DNA of 64,000 nucleotides from the human T2T-CHM13v2.0 reference genome, Homo sapiens, in assembly GCF_009914755.1 (NCBI RefSeq), contig NC_060947.1; one strand, 5' to 3'. The translations under genes were made by a program, and so were the position numbers. Under the pieces are notes generated by a model. That model saw only the letters and a list, made by a program, of their open reading frames with translations. It made no database searches and was not told the origin of the DNA. Positions 18,572-54,614 of this stretch are shown here, in pieces. Positions within the stretch are counted from its first letter, which is position 1. Each line of letters opens with the position of its first letter.

Positions 18572-18618
18572 TTAGCCGGGCATGGTGGCAGACACCTGTA
18601 ATCCCAGCTACTCAGGAG
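18572..18618 (+). repeat. Isolated 47-bp internal Alu fragment
   Basis: ttagccgggcatggtggcagacacctgtaatcccagctactcaggag, with no tail or TSD. Confidence 0.85.
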
Positions 18619-18737
18619 CCTAGTGTCTTGTCGAACAGCTGTCGCTATGGTTCAGCTATTTGTAAAAACATGAACGGGGGGATGGCATCTGCCCAAAACA
18701 CTAACAACTAAAGATGTTTTGACTTAGGCAACATTAA

Positions 18738-41607
<22,870 letters not shown>

Positions 41608-42249
41608 GGGACACTGGAGGCTGGGCTCTCTCGACACGTTGCTCAGCCAGTCACTCCTTCCCCTGTGGATTGATGAAATAACATCCTTTGAATGAGTTTG
41701 CTCTGAGCCTGTGACTCCTTCTGCTAGGCAGAGAGCGCACCCTACTCTTTCCGTGACGATGAGGGCGGCAAAAACAGACATTTCTTCCTTCATGGAACTG
41801 GATTTGGATTTCTTGAAGCAGGCAGCTTCATATTATACCGATTTGTTCTCTGTCTTTTTGTGTCTCTCTGTTTACCCCCTCCCTTGCCCCCTCTTCTGGT
41901 TTATACATTTCATTCCAGTGTCCTTGTACATAATCAAGGAAGCTGTAGGAAGCTACAACCCATTTGTTAGTTCTGATGGAGAACCATTTCCATGCAGACC
42001 AATACTAGAGTGAAGCCTCTAGACTTTGTTCAAGATACTCTATCTTCAAAATATCCCAGAAGAAAAACAGAAGCTGTTAACACACAGGTGAGACTTTACA
42101 TATACATTTCATACTGACAGTGAGCTTAGAGCAAAAGCTGAAAGCTGAAATGACTGTAATTCCTCCCCAGTCTCTGTTGCTTGTTCAACTCCTTACATGT
42201 TCCACATTCTCTTTCAGGTACGTTGCCGTGCCTGCCTGCATTGTTTTTT

Positions 42250-42407
42250 GTTGTGGTCGTTGTAGAGACAGAGTCTGAGTGTGTCTGTTGCCCAGCTGAG
42301 AGTGCACTGGCTAATCACAGGCCCAATCATAGAGCACTGCAGCCTTGAACTCTTGGGCTCAAGCAGTCCTCCCATCTCAGCCTCCTGAGAGCAAATGTGC
42401 GCCGCCA
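42250..42407 (-). mobile_element. FAM (fossil Alu monomer, 7SL-derived)
   Basis: Minus strand has ...gctctatgattgggcctgtgattagccagtgcactc..., the FAM-type segment absent from dimeric Alu arms. Confidence 0.75.
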
Positions 42408-43819
42408 CAGCAGGCTTGCACTGTTTTCACAAAACATTTCTCTTATCAACAGAGTTCTGTTGTTTTGAGAGGCAAGGCAGTGATCCAGCCCAGTGGCACC
42501 CTGTTTCATCTGTTCAGCTCCTCTCCTAATGTGGGACACTGGGCTGGGCGACAGTAAGCCAGGGAGCAGGAGGGGCTCCTTCCCTGCAGCTCACCCTCAG
42601 AACCCTTCAGGCCAGTTTCCAAAGGGCATAGCGTAGAGGATAATTCCTCGGAATGAGGAGAGACTGTGCTGCCCTCTGCTGATGGGGCAGGGGGATATAA
42701 ACATAAATAAGACAGCCTTTGCCCCTAAGGCACTTAGAATCATGGACTTAAGATATGTTCGCAAGCCCCTGTAATGCCAGGCAGGACATGATACACACAC
42801 TTAAGACGCAGTGGTGAATGTTCAGCTTCTGTCGAGGAGGTGATGCCTTGAGTCGGACCTTGAAGAATGGATAAGCAGTGAGACTTCACTGTCGAAGTTG
42901 GCATTTCAGGCTAAAGATGTCAGAGGGTCACAGTCAATGGCATGTCATAGTTTAATTAGCAGCACGTTGTGTTTCTTAGGGGTCCATGAGATAACGGTGT
43001 CTTAGATTCAGTGAAGGACAGACGTGCCAGCCTGGTTTGGCTGATGGTGCAAAGCTGAAGGGGATGTACTTTTATCTCCCAGGCAGTGGTGGCCAAGAAT
43101 CAAGGAAACCATCGTGGCTCTTACGTGGAGCCTTCAGACAAGAAGCAACAAAGGCCCACGCGATGATGGAGTTGGGCGGGGGCGGTAGGGTTGGGGGTAG
43201 AAATGAAGCCTTACAAGAAATGGCCTGGAGGGGGTCCGCGCTCAGCACCTGATTTCCTGTGGGGAGTGAGAGGGAGGGAGGAGGCCACTCAGGCTGGAAT
43301 GAAGCCGCAGAGCAGCTCTAAGCTGGTGGGAGGATGGTGTCGGGCCCGGAGTGGGTGAGGCCAGCAGACCTTGCTGATGAGCACCAAGGACCAAACTGCC
43401 CTCAGCTTCGACCTAACCACTCGCTCAGAAAAATACTAGCTGCCATCTAGACCAAAGATGTCCCTCATGGAACCTCTTCTCTGCCCTCTCTTCACTCATT
43501 AGACCACAGATAATCGTTGGGCCCTGCCCTGCGCTTCAGTGGTGAATAAAACACGCAGCCCACAGACCAATAGATTATTCAAAACTGCTGAAGTTTCCAA
43601 AAAAGAAAAGTGCAGGGTGCTATGAGAGGGACATAGGGCTGCAAGCAAGCCTGGCCCAGGTGGCGATCACGGCAGAACAGTTGCAGAAACAGTGCCTGCT
43701 CAGATCCGAAAGGTGAGGCTGTGCACAGAGACCCTGAGCCCCCCGCTGGCCAAGCTGACGACCTCCCAGCCGCTCCTTGTATTTCCCTGCATTCCTGACC
43801 CACACCTATCTCGACCCAC

Positions 43820-43980
43820 CCGTTTGGAGAAAGTCTAACCACCAGGAAACCATAACCTCAGTACCCGCTGAGAGCTTGTTAGAAACCATCAGGCCCCACC
43901 CCGGAGCTACTGAACCGAGACCCTGGGCTTGGGCCAGCACTCTCTTCACAAGCCCTGTGGATGGTTTCTGACCAGTGAAG
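43820..43980. mobile_element. MER5A hAT-Charlie MITE fragment
   Basis: gagcttgttagaaa...aggccccacccc...ctactgaa...caagccct. Confidence 0.6.
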
Positions 43981-44988
43981 AAGCCTTCCTGCAGATCACT
44001 GAGTCCAGCTAGAACCTCCCCTTGGCTGCTGCAAGACTGAACTTGCCCTACTCACAGGCCCAGGGCCTGGGGGCCACCCCCACCCATTTCTTTCCTGACA
44101 GCTGATGGCATCCTAGAGTGCGGACCCAGGCCTATGTCTGTCCCTCGTGTCACATCCCATCTGGAGAATCGGGGCCAAGGGAAGGCAGTTCTCTCCCAGA
44201 TTGGGGACAGCTAGAAGCCCTATTGCCAAGTGCTGCGTGTCCTTTGGGATGATCGCATTCAATCCCTCTTCCTTCCCTTCCCTATCGACACTGACCTAGT
44301 TCAGCACCTGACCCCATCTGCACCTAGGTCAGGTGTCCTGGGACAGCCGACCTGATCTGTCTGCTTACTTTCGCCCCTCCTCCCATCCAGCTGCTATGTG
44401 TACACCTAGGGTATCCAGTCTCTCTGCTAAAAACACTAAAGCAGGGTCCGATTTTCTCCCAGCCCACATTTCCAGCTCCTTCCACTGGTCTTCACACCTG
44501 CTGTGTTGTAGCCAAATGGAACCACGGTTTCCTGTTCACGCCCTGTCATGCATCCCCTGCTCAGGCTGTCATGACTGCATGCGATGTCCTCTCCCCACTG
44601 TGTCCCAGCTCCAGAATGGCCCGTTCCCTTCCCCTAAAAAGCCATGCCTAATCCTCCCAGTTGGAAACCACCTCTTTTCTCTGGATTCCCAGCCTGGGGC
44701 CCCTGACCTGTACCTCATTTTGTGTTTCCTATTTGTGCTTTTTCCTGCCCCCACCAGGCCAGGAGTTCTTAAGGACAGAGGCAATCAGTGTCCCCACAGC
44801 ATAGTGGGTGCTCAGGAAACCTCCCTGTCTTGGAATCCTGGAGTCACAGTAGCAACAAAAGAAAGTGGTCCCAGGAATGGGGAAAGGCACAGCCCATGAG
44901 ACTGGGTTGAAGCAGAGAGAGGTTCCCAACCTGCCATTCAGATGGGGCTTGAGGAGTCTGTGAACTCCCTAAATTCGATGCAGCCTCT

Positions 44989-45211
44989 GGGGGTGTGGGT
45001 GTGTGTGTGTGTGGGTGTGTGTGTGTGTGTGGGTGTGTTTGTGTGTGTGGGTGTGTGTGTGGGGGTGTGTGGGTGTTTGTGGGTGTGGGTGGGTGTGTGT
45101 GGGTGTGTGGGTGTGTTTGTGGGTGTGTGGGTGTGTGTGTGGGTGTGTGGGTGTGTGTGTGGGTGTGTGTGTGGGTGGGTGTGTGGGTGTGTTTGTGGGT
45201 GTGTGTGTGTT
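44989..45211. repeat. Compound (GT)n/(GGGTGT)n simple tandem repeat, ~220 bp
   Basis: Pure G/T strand with many GGG interruptions. Confidence 0.95.
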
Positions 45212-46767
45212 GGCATGAAAGGGCACATGGCTTTCACCAGCTTCTCAAAGAGGACTGTGGCCTAATAAAAACTAGTGAGTGGAGGGGGCCAGCAGCTGTC
45301 GGGGGAGGGGCCAGGAGAGACATGCCAAGGGCAGAGTGGGGCTCCCAGGCCTCATCGTCACCCCTGTGTGTGTGTGTGGCTGGCTGTTCCATCATGGGGT
45401 CCATGGCTTCAAAACAGGGAAGCACTGGAATCCACGAGGAGGAGGGCTTGCCAGACAGGATGGCAATGGTTGAGGCCTCTGGCCCCAGCCCTCTGGGCTC
45501 TGGTGCCCATTGCCCCTGGAAGATTCTTAGCTTTCTGGATGAGACAGCCCTTGCTAGTAGAAAGCTCTACCTTCTGCTGAACTGAAACACCATTGGATGT
45601 GACTTCCCTTGTCCTCCCTCATTTCCTCCCTCACCAAACCCCAGCAAGTGCAGCTCCACAGGTGCTGTTCCCTCCGGTATCCCGCAGCTCATCAGCAGCA
45701 CTGTCCTCTGCTCAGCTCACCTGCCTCAGGGCACCTGGTCCTGCAGGGCCAGCCACTCTTCTTCAAACTCCATCTCCAACATCATTTCTTCTTTGCAGCT
45801 GTCCCCCACAGGTCTCTCTGGCTTCATACAATGGCTGGCCTACATCTCCATCAAAGCACTTCCTCCATCACAGGGCAACCATCCACTTAGCTGCCCAGAT
45901 AGAGCTCTATGAACTGCTTTGCTCCTCAAGGGCTTTTGATTCGTTACCTGTTCCAGGGAAGTAAGCATGCCCAGTTCATGTGCCAAGACTCCAAGGGCAT
46001 TTACAGGAGAAAGCCAGCAACTCATTGGCAATCTGGGGGAGCCCCAGAGAAAAGAGGCCATGGCCAAGGGCACTCAAGGGCAGTTAGCAGAGCCAGGGCT
46101 GGACCACTAGCTCCTGATCCCCCAGGCCAGCGCACCCCAGGTCACCCATTCAGATCCAGGCAGCCTAATGCCACATAGGTGCCCATGTGGGAAGGAGGCA
46201 GTCAGGATATGGGCTCCACCCTGAGGTTCTCTTAACATGAAGGGCTGAAAAAGCACAAATTGATCATTAGGAACTGTGAGAAAGAAGATATGTTGGCAGA
46301 CACTAGAACCTTCCATTCCAGTCTGTATCTCTTGTCACCAGCACTGCCTAGTCATTGATCGTGGAAGGCTCCAAAAGATGGTGGACCCAAAGTCGAGACT
46401 CTTTGCCAGCTCTGCCTCTTACCGGCTCCAGGAGGTCTGTTCATATTAACTCATTCGGCCCAGAGAATTTCCCAAAGAACTTTCTAGAGTGACTGGGGTA
46501 GGGGAGAAAAGGAGGGAAGAGGATGGAGGCCTCTCAGCTTCTTTTGTCCTGTATCACAGCCTGGCTCCCAGCAACACTTTTGGGATGCCTCTTGTAGCAG
46601 GTACTGGGAGACATGCACACCACTGGCTTTGTTCTCCATGGTGGGCAGGGGGAACATCAATTCAAAACATTTTAACTGGGCACCTGCCATTTCCCTCAAA
46701 GAGCTCACAGTCCCATAGAAGAAATGAAATGCAGAAATTAATAACCCAAGCACTCCTTCCTTTAAGA

Positions 46768-47046
46768 GCAGAGGTCAGCAAACTATGAACTCAGGCTCCA
46801 ATCTCGCTTGCCACCTGCTTTTGTAAATACAGTTTCGTTGTCACACAACCACATCCATTTATTTACATAATGTCTAAGACTGCCTTTTCACTACAATAGC
46901 AGAGTTGAGTAGTTATGACAGAGGCCATCTAGCCTACAAAGCCAGTCAAAATATTGACTATCTTGCCCTTCATAGAAAAGGTTTTGTGATGGAAGAATGA
47001 GGTCAGAGAAAAAAAGAAGAAAAGGAAAGGTTTGTCAACCTCTGCT
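46768..47046. mobile_element. MER58A-type hAT-Charlie MITE
   Basis: cagaggtcagcaaact ... agagttgagtagttatgacagag ... tttgtcaacctctg termini. Confidence 0.7.
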
Positions 47047-47161
47047 TAAGAGGGACTGAGAGGCCACGAGCACACGATGCTTAGCATCACTAATCATTAA
47101 GGACACGCAACTCAGTACCACGATGCGACATCGCCTCATCCCATTAGGATGGCTACTATCA

Positions 47162-47681
<520 letters not shown>

Positions 47682-48817
47682 CTAAGGGAGGGGAAGGGAT
47701 AAAGAGAACTAGGAGGCTGAAGCTTAGAAGAATTGGTGGCCAGCCATGCCTTCTGCTGAGCTAGGGACCCAGGAGAGGATGAGATATAGGTAGCAGCAAG
47801 GAAGAAGCTGAATTCCATTCTGGCCATAATGAGTTGAATGAACCTTGCAGTTTCCAGGTAGAAAAGTCTAGAAGGCAAGAGATAGTTATTTCGGACATCT
47901 TGGCTTATTGCTGCTACCGAAAGCCACAGGAAAAGCAGGAGGATGAAAAAAATGGGACCCTGAGAATTAAGAAGTGAACCAAATACCCAGGTGTCAAGGA
48001 AAGCTAGGGAGGAGGGATCAAGCTTGAGAGGATGGTCAGCAGCGTGGGTGGTGCTGGGAAGTTAAAGAGGCTGAAGACTGAGCAAGGAAATGTCCCTGAA
48101 ATCTAACACTGAACACCCACTTTATAACTGGCCTTGTGCTGGGGGTAAGGGCCACCGTGGTAGACAGTCTATCCAAGAGCCTTTCCAGAGCTCCTGATCT
48201 AGCTAAGGGAAAGAACCACAGTTGATGCCAGCTGAGCTAAGCGGCCCCAGGGAAGCTGCAGCACAGCCTATTTGGCAGTACACTTGTGCCCAGCGTGGAT
48301 TTTCATACCCTGCTCATGGACTTGTGTCCTTTCTTCATCCTCCCTTCCATATTCTTCCTTGATGGCGCTCTTCTCAACCATAGATTTTCTTAGACCTTTT
48401 GGGGGCCCTTCCAGCTTCTGACCCAGACAGTGCTAGCCAGGCCGTGGGCACTACAGGTTTGTTGAGTGGTTTTGATGGGAGCGGATTAGAGGAAAAACCA
48501 AAGATGAATGCTGAGCAAGATGATAGGAGCAGGGTTGTGGGAAGGAGAGTGCCTCCTCAGCCAGCCAGTGCCTTCCCAGGTGGTCAAGCACTTTCTCCTT
48601 GGATCCTCAACAAGCCTGTTGAGTCCAGCAAGGTCTCCCAATATCCCCATTCCCCATTTTGTATAGGGAAGCCCAAAGTTTCAGACAGGGAAAGGGGCAT
48701 TCTGAAGATGCACAGCAAGTTAGGGACAGCATCCTTTTCCTCAATGGCCTTCTACTCTCTTGGAATAATGTTGAGTGGCCTGAACTCCTTGCCTCTGTAC
48801 TGGCTGGGAACACTGGA

Positions 48818-49297
48818 TGTACTCCTTTCCTATGACTGCTGTATCAGATTACCACCAGTTGAGTGGCTTAAAACAATGCAAATGTATTATCTTATAGTTG
48901 TGGGGGCCAGAACCCCAAAATCAGCTTCACTGGGCTAAAGTCCAGGAGTTGGAAGCTCTGAGGCTTCTGGAGGCTCCGAGGGAGGAGTTCCATTTTCTTT
49001 CCTCTTTTGAGCTTCTGGTGGCCGCTTGTTTTCCTTAGCTTGTGGCCCCTTCTTCCATCTTTGAAGCACATTACTCCAATCTCTGCTTCTATGGTCACAT
49101 TTCCTGCTCTTCTTCTGTAGTAAAATCTCCCTCTGACTTTCTCTTATGAGGACACTTGTGATTACACTTAGGGCCCACCCAGATAACCCAGGATAATCTC
49201 CACATTTAAAGATCTTTAACTTAATTGCATTTGCAAAGTCCCTTTTGCCATATAAGGTAAGAAGAGTAACAGGTCTCAGGGGTTAGAATGTGGACAT
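48818..49297 (-). mobile_element. MLT1 MaLR LTR
   Basis: gtggcttaaaacaa...cttatgaggacacttgtgattac...gcaaagtcccttttgccatataaggtaa. Confidence 0.8.
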
Positions 49298-50842
49298 GAA
49301 GCTGGCTAAGAGAGGCAAGCCCTTGGGTAAAGCGTCACCTCACAAAAGACCCTGCTTGGCTTCAGTAGGCTGAGGACCTTGAGGAAACTCTGCTAGATCA
49401 CTACAGCCCTGTCTGCCAGAACTATCCAGATCGTTCACTGGGCTGGTTTGGCACCAGCTAGTGATTGTGAAAACTGAACAGAAGTCACCAATAGGATGGT
49501 GCCAACTTAGTGCTAGAAAATGTGGGAGGATCGGCAGGGCAGGTTCACAAAGGCCCGAGAATCCAGCGGCCCAGGTGAGCAAGTGCCTGTCCCAGCACTG
49601 CCTCCAGGCTCGGGACTGGGGCTTCCAATCCTGGGTCTGGACTTCAGGTCCTGCAGGGGAGGGACTCAGACTTACACATCCTCTTTGTACCTTGTTTGCT
49701 GCTGGGATTAGAATTTAGGGGAGTGAAGTTCAGGGACGAATCTAAGGCCTCCCAGCCAAAGGCCATCTAGCCACAGCCCAAACAAAGGGGCTTCCAACAT
49801 GGTCCTAGGTGGCACTGAGACCAAGCCTGCAGAGACTGGGCCCTGTGAGAGAGGCAAGGCAAGGCCCCAGGGCACTGCAGGCTGTTCAGGTGAGGGCACC
49901 TCATGCCACTGTGGAACCAGGAGCTCCCAAGGTCCCTGTTCTGTCAGCATGAGTGTCTGATTGCTCCCTTCTTCAAAGCCGGCTCTGGCTCGGAACGCTG
50001 GGTGCTGAGACACTGCCTTTGGTGAGCATGGGCTGCTTAGGAGCTTTAGAGGGACTCCTGCTGAACTGGGGGGCCTCTCTCTGCAATGCCTTCTGCCCTG
50101 TCTGCCTGCCTGACTCCCACATGTATCTCTATGGGCTAGTAGCCTGGTCGAGTGAGGCTCCCTCTGTGCCTGTCCAGTTTGGCACCAGCTAATGATTGTG
50201 TCCAGGGGCTCTGGACCTGCCTCTTTCTAGACCAAGGAGTCCTCAAAGGCAGGGTCTGCTGGGAGCCTCCCTGTGACCCCTGCAGTACCAGCACAGGCAT
50301 TCGTGCCATGAGTTGAATAGAACTGAAGAGAAGGGAGAAGCTTCCCGGGGGTGGGCAAGAGGAGGCTTGAGAGCCCAGGAATAATGATAAAACAGTAACG
50401 GCCCAGGGCTAAAGGAATCCTCCAGAATCCGAGTTCTGTGGATCTAAGTTGGCCTGGGACTGCCTGAGGATGGGGCAGGCCCTGCCCAGAGCCCTCTTGG
50501 AGCCAGCCTCCAGCACCTCCTCAGCCTGACCTTCCACCTTCAGTGTTTAGAGCTGAGAGAGCAGGCTACGGGGCACATAGGTCAGCCCTGCATTGCTTAC
50601 ACAAGTGGGCCAAGACTCCAAGAGGGGCTGAGATTTGGCCAAGGTCTTTGAAGAAGGAATGCCCATTCATGAAAGAAGAGCTATTACAACTTCTGTCTCT
50701 TCCCAGAGTCTTCTTTCCAGCTCTTCCTAGAAAAGCATGGCCTGCTCAGTCATTCTCAGGTTCCTGTGCTGAGAACAGGAGTGAGGAAGGGAAGCTCACA
50801 GGAATGAAGCACCCACTGGCCACTGGAGATCAGATGGGCACC

Positions 50843-51269
50843 ATTATATGTTGGATAGTATTCCTCCAAAAAATATGTTGAAGTCCCAACACCCAGTGCC
50901 TGTGAATGTGACCTTATTGGGAAGGAGAACATTTGTAGATATAATCAAGTTAATATGAGATCATTAGAGTGGGCACTAATCCAACATGATGGTGTCCTCA
51001 TAAGGAGAGACAGAGACACAGACACACGTGGGAAGACAGTCACATGGAGATGGAGGCAGAGACGAGTGATGCAGCCACAAGTCAAGAACACCTGGGGCTA
51101 CCAGAAGCTGGAGGAGACAAGGATCCTCCTCTACTCCTGAAGGAGCGTGGCCCTGCTGATACCTTGTTCTTAGACTTCTGGCCCCAGAACTGGGAGATAA
51201 TTCATTTCTGTTGTTTCCAGCCACCCAATTTGTGGTACTTTGTTCCAGCTATCCTAGCAAAGTCATACA
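50843..51269 (+). mobile_element. MLT1 (A/B-like) MaLR LTR
   Basis: tatgttgaagtcccaac...gaatgtgaccttatt...gccacccaatttgtggtactttgtt. Confidence 0.82.
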
Positions 51270-52673
51270 GACACTTTCACAAATGTCTCACAACAGCCTC
51301 TCAGCCAGGCAGAGATGGCAGCATTGGCTCCGTCTTCTCATTCTAATGTCAACTCCTTGCATTACCTCTCCAGGCTTGCCACCGCCCCAACTGTGAATAA
51401 ACAGTGCTCCTCATCTTCAAAGCCCTTTGGAAATACTAATTAACTCTCAGCTAATTGGATGAAAGAACGTGAAGCTCTGATGACATCATCTCCATTCTGT
51501 GCCCAGATCTAGCCACAAGCGAAATCTGGGACTGCTGGGCTATGAGCCTTGTCTTGTGGGAACATGTTGTGCCCACGAAACATGGCTGGGGACGGCCGTC
51601 TACTCACTTTAGCTCCATGGGCTTCAGAAAACGGCCAGCTGTGGGCACACTTGGCCAATCAAGCACGCATAACACAAACAGTTTCTGTGATTAAGAGTTT
51701 GTGTGGGTGTGGGTGTGTGTGTGCGTGTGTGTTAATCACATACCTTTGCACTCTGCACATCACTGAGATTGTCTTATTGGCCGTTCTAAACAGAAGCTTA
51801 CAAAAACATGTGTACTTTCAAATCTCCTCAGAATGCATCCCTGTGATCCTGAGGGCCTGTGTACCCCCTGCCTTGTAGAACCAAGAAGAATCCCTCTGCG
51901 TCCAGGGCCCCAGGGGGTGAGCATCAGTTGAGCTGGGCAAGTAGCTGCGTGCAAGGCCTGGAGGCAAGAGCCTGCAAGTCGGAGGCCATCTGAGCCAGGA
52001 GCCAGAGCTGAGAGAGATTCCGACCAAGGCCAGAAGGGCGTGAGGAGGAGGTGCAGGGCTGGGGCTGTCCCCACGACAGCAGGGTCTTTGGTGGACAGAC
52101 AGCAGGCATGCTGCAGTGGACAGGGTCAGGAGACGAGGGTTAGAATCCTGCCTTTGACTTTGCCACTCATTAACCTGGACAACAGTGACAGGCCCATTCC
52201 AGGTCTCCCTGACTCCGTGCGATCTCTCCTTCATCCTCCACCCTGTGGCCAGGAGCACCATCCATGCACCAGGCAGATCTGCTCCTGGCACTGACCACTA
52301 AAAACCTCACCCGTGTGTCCCACGGGATGGACTTGAACATGATGGGTAGTACAATGACCGTCTTTGTTCAATAACAAAGAAAGAAAGAAAGGCCATTCCT
52401 GCTCAGTTATCTTTCAATCCTTCAGATCATGAAAAAAGATCAAAAAAACTAAAAAAAACCCCAAAACCTCAGAGTTCCATGCTCTCGTGTTTTTTGACTT
52501 TGTATTGAAGCATAATATACATTTTGAAAAGTGCATGTCATACATAAGTATAACGCTTGATGACTGCCCACAAGGAGAACATATCCATGTCAAAGCACCC
52601 AAACCGAGAAACAAGATGGCCACTACCCTGACATCTAGGAGCAGAAATTAGTTTCACCCATTTTTCTGTTTTA

Positions 52674-52995
<322 letters not shown>

Positions 52996-53368
52996 AAGAA
53001 ATCACTCTATATGTGCTCTTAGGTGTTTAGCTTTCTTCCCTCGACATTATGTTTGTGAGCTGCATCCATTTGTTTCTACACTCATTGTCATTGCTGTAGA
53101 GCATTACATTGTGTGAAGACACCATAAATTACTTGTTCCTTCTACCTTAATGGGCATTAGGGTTGCTTTTGGCTATAACAAATAGTCCTGCTCTGAGTAT
53201 TTCTTGGGTACATGTTTTTAAAAACATCCGTAGGCTGTTGAGTGGGAACCTGAAAGTGGGATTACTAAGTCAGAAAGTATGTGTGTATTTGGCTTCAGTG
53301 GGTAAGCTGAGTTTCCCAAGTGGTTGTACCAATGTACCCTCCCCACCAGTAAAATATGAGTATTCTAG

Positions 53369-53743
<375 letters not shown>

Positions 53744-54159
53744 GGAGTTGTTTATTTGTTTGATGTATTCTGGATGAGGGTTTTGTTGAAGATGTGTATG
53801 GTGAAGATCTCCCACATGTTGAGTATCCTTTCACTTTCTTAACAGTGTGTTTTGATGAACAGAAGTTTCTCACTTTAATATGGTTCAATTTATCACATTT
53901 TTGGTCACACTCAGCACTTTTCGTGTCACACTTAAGAAATCTTTGGCTGTTGCCAGTTCACAAAGACACTCTCCTATGTTTTTCTTCTAAAAGCTTTATT
54001 GTTTTACCTTTCACATTTAGGTCTGCAGTTTGTGTGGAACTGATTTTTTTATATGATGTGTAGTAAGGATTCATAGACATTTTTTTTTCCCATATGGGAA
54101 CCCAATTAACCCAGCACTTTTTGTTGAAAGGCCAATCCTATTCCTACTGCCCTGCCCTG

Positions 54160-54614
54160 TGGTGCTAGTGTATCTTTAGCTTCTCAAACACTTGATAACT
54201 CTCTGATTTGCTGTTGTAAGTGTTAATGAGTTAAAACAGTTCAGACCCCAGTTATCAATCAAGCACTTATCTAGGTGGTGTTGTGAAGGTGGTTTGCAGA
54301 TGTGATTAAAGTCTTTCATAATTGACTTTAAGTATGGAGATTGTCCTAGATCACCTGTGCAAGCCTCAGCCAATCAGTTGAAAGGATTTAAGAGCAAAGC
54401 TGAGACTGCCCTGAGGAAGAAGAAATTCTGTCTGTGGATTGCAGCTTGGGCCCACGTCCAAGAGTTCCTGCATGCCCTTCCTGACGACCTGCCTTATGGA
54501 TTTTGGACCTCCCCAGTCAGCCCCCACCACCACATAAGCCAATTCTTTCTCATAGATCTCTTAATATGTATCTCCTACTGGTTTTCTTTCTCTGATGGAA
54601 CCCTGTCTGATACA
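54160..54614 (+). mobile_element. MLT2 (ERVL) LTR
   Basis: caatcagttgaaagga...ataagccaattc...gaaccctgtctgataca terminus. Confidence 0.72.

Noticed and set aside
44938-45585. Several His/Thr/Pro- or Val/Cys/Gly-rich ORFs
   Set aside because: Translations of the GT/GGGT simple repeat, which lacks stop codons
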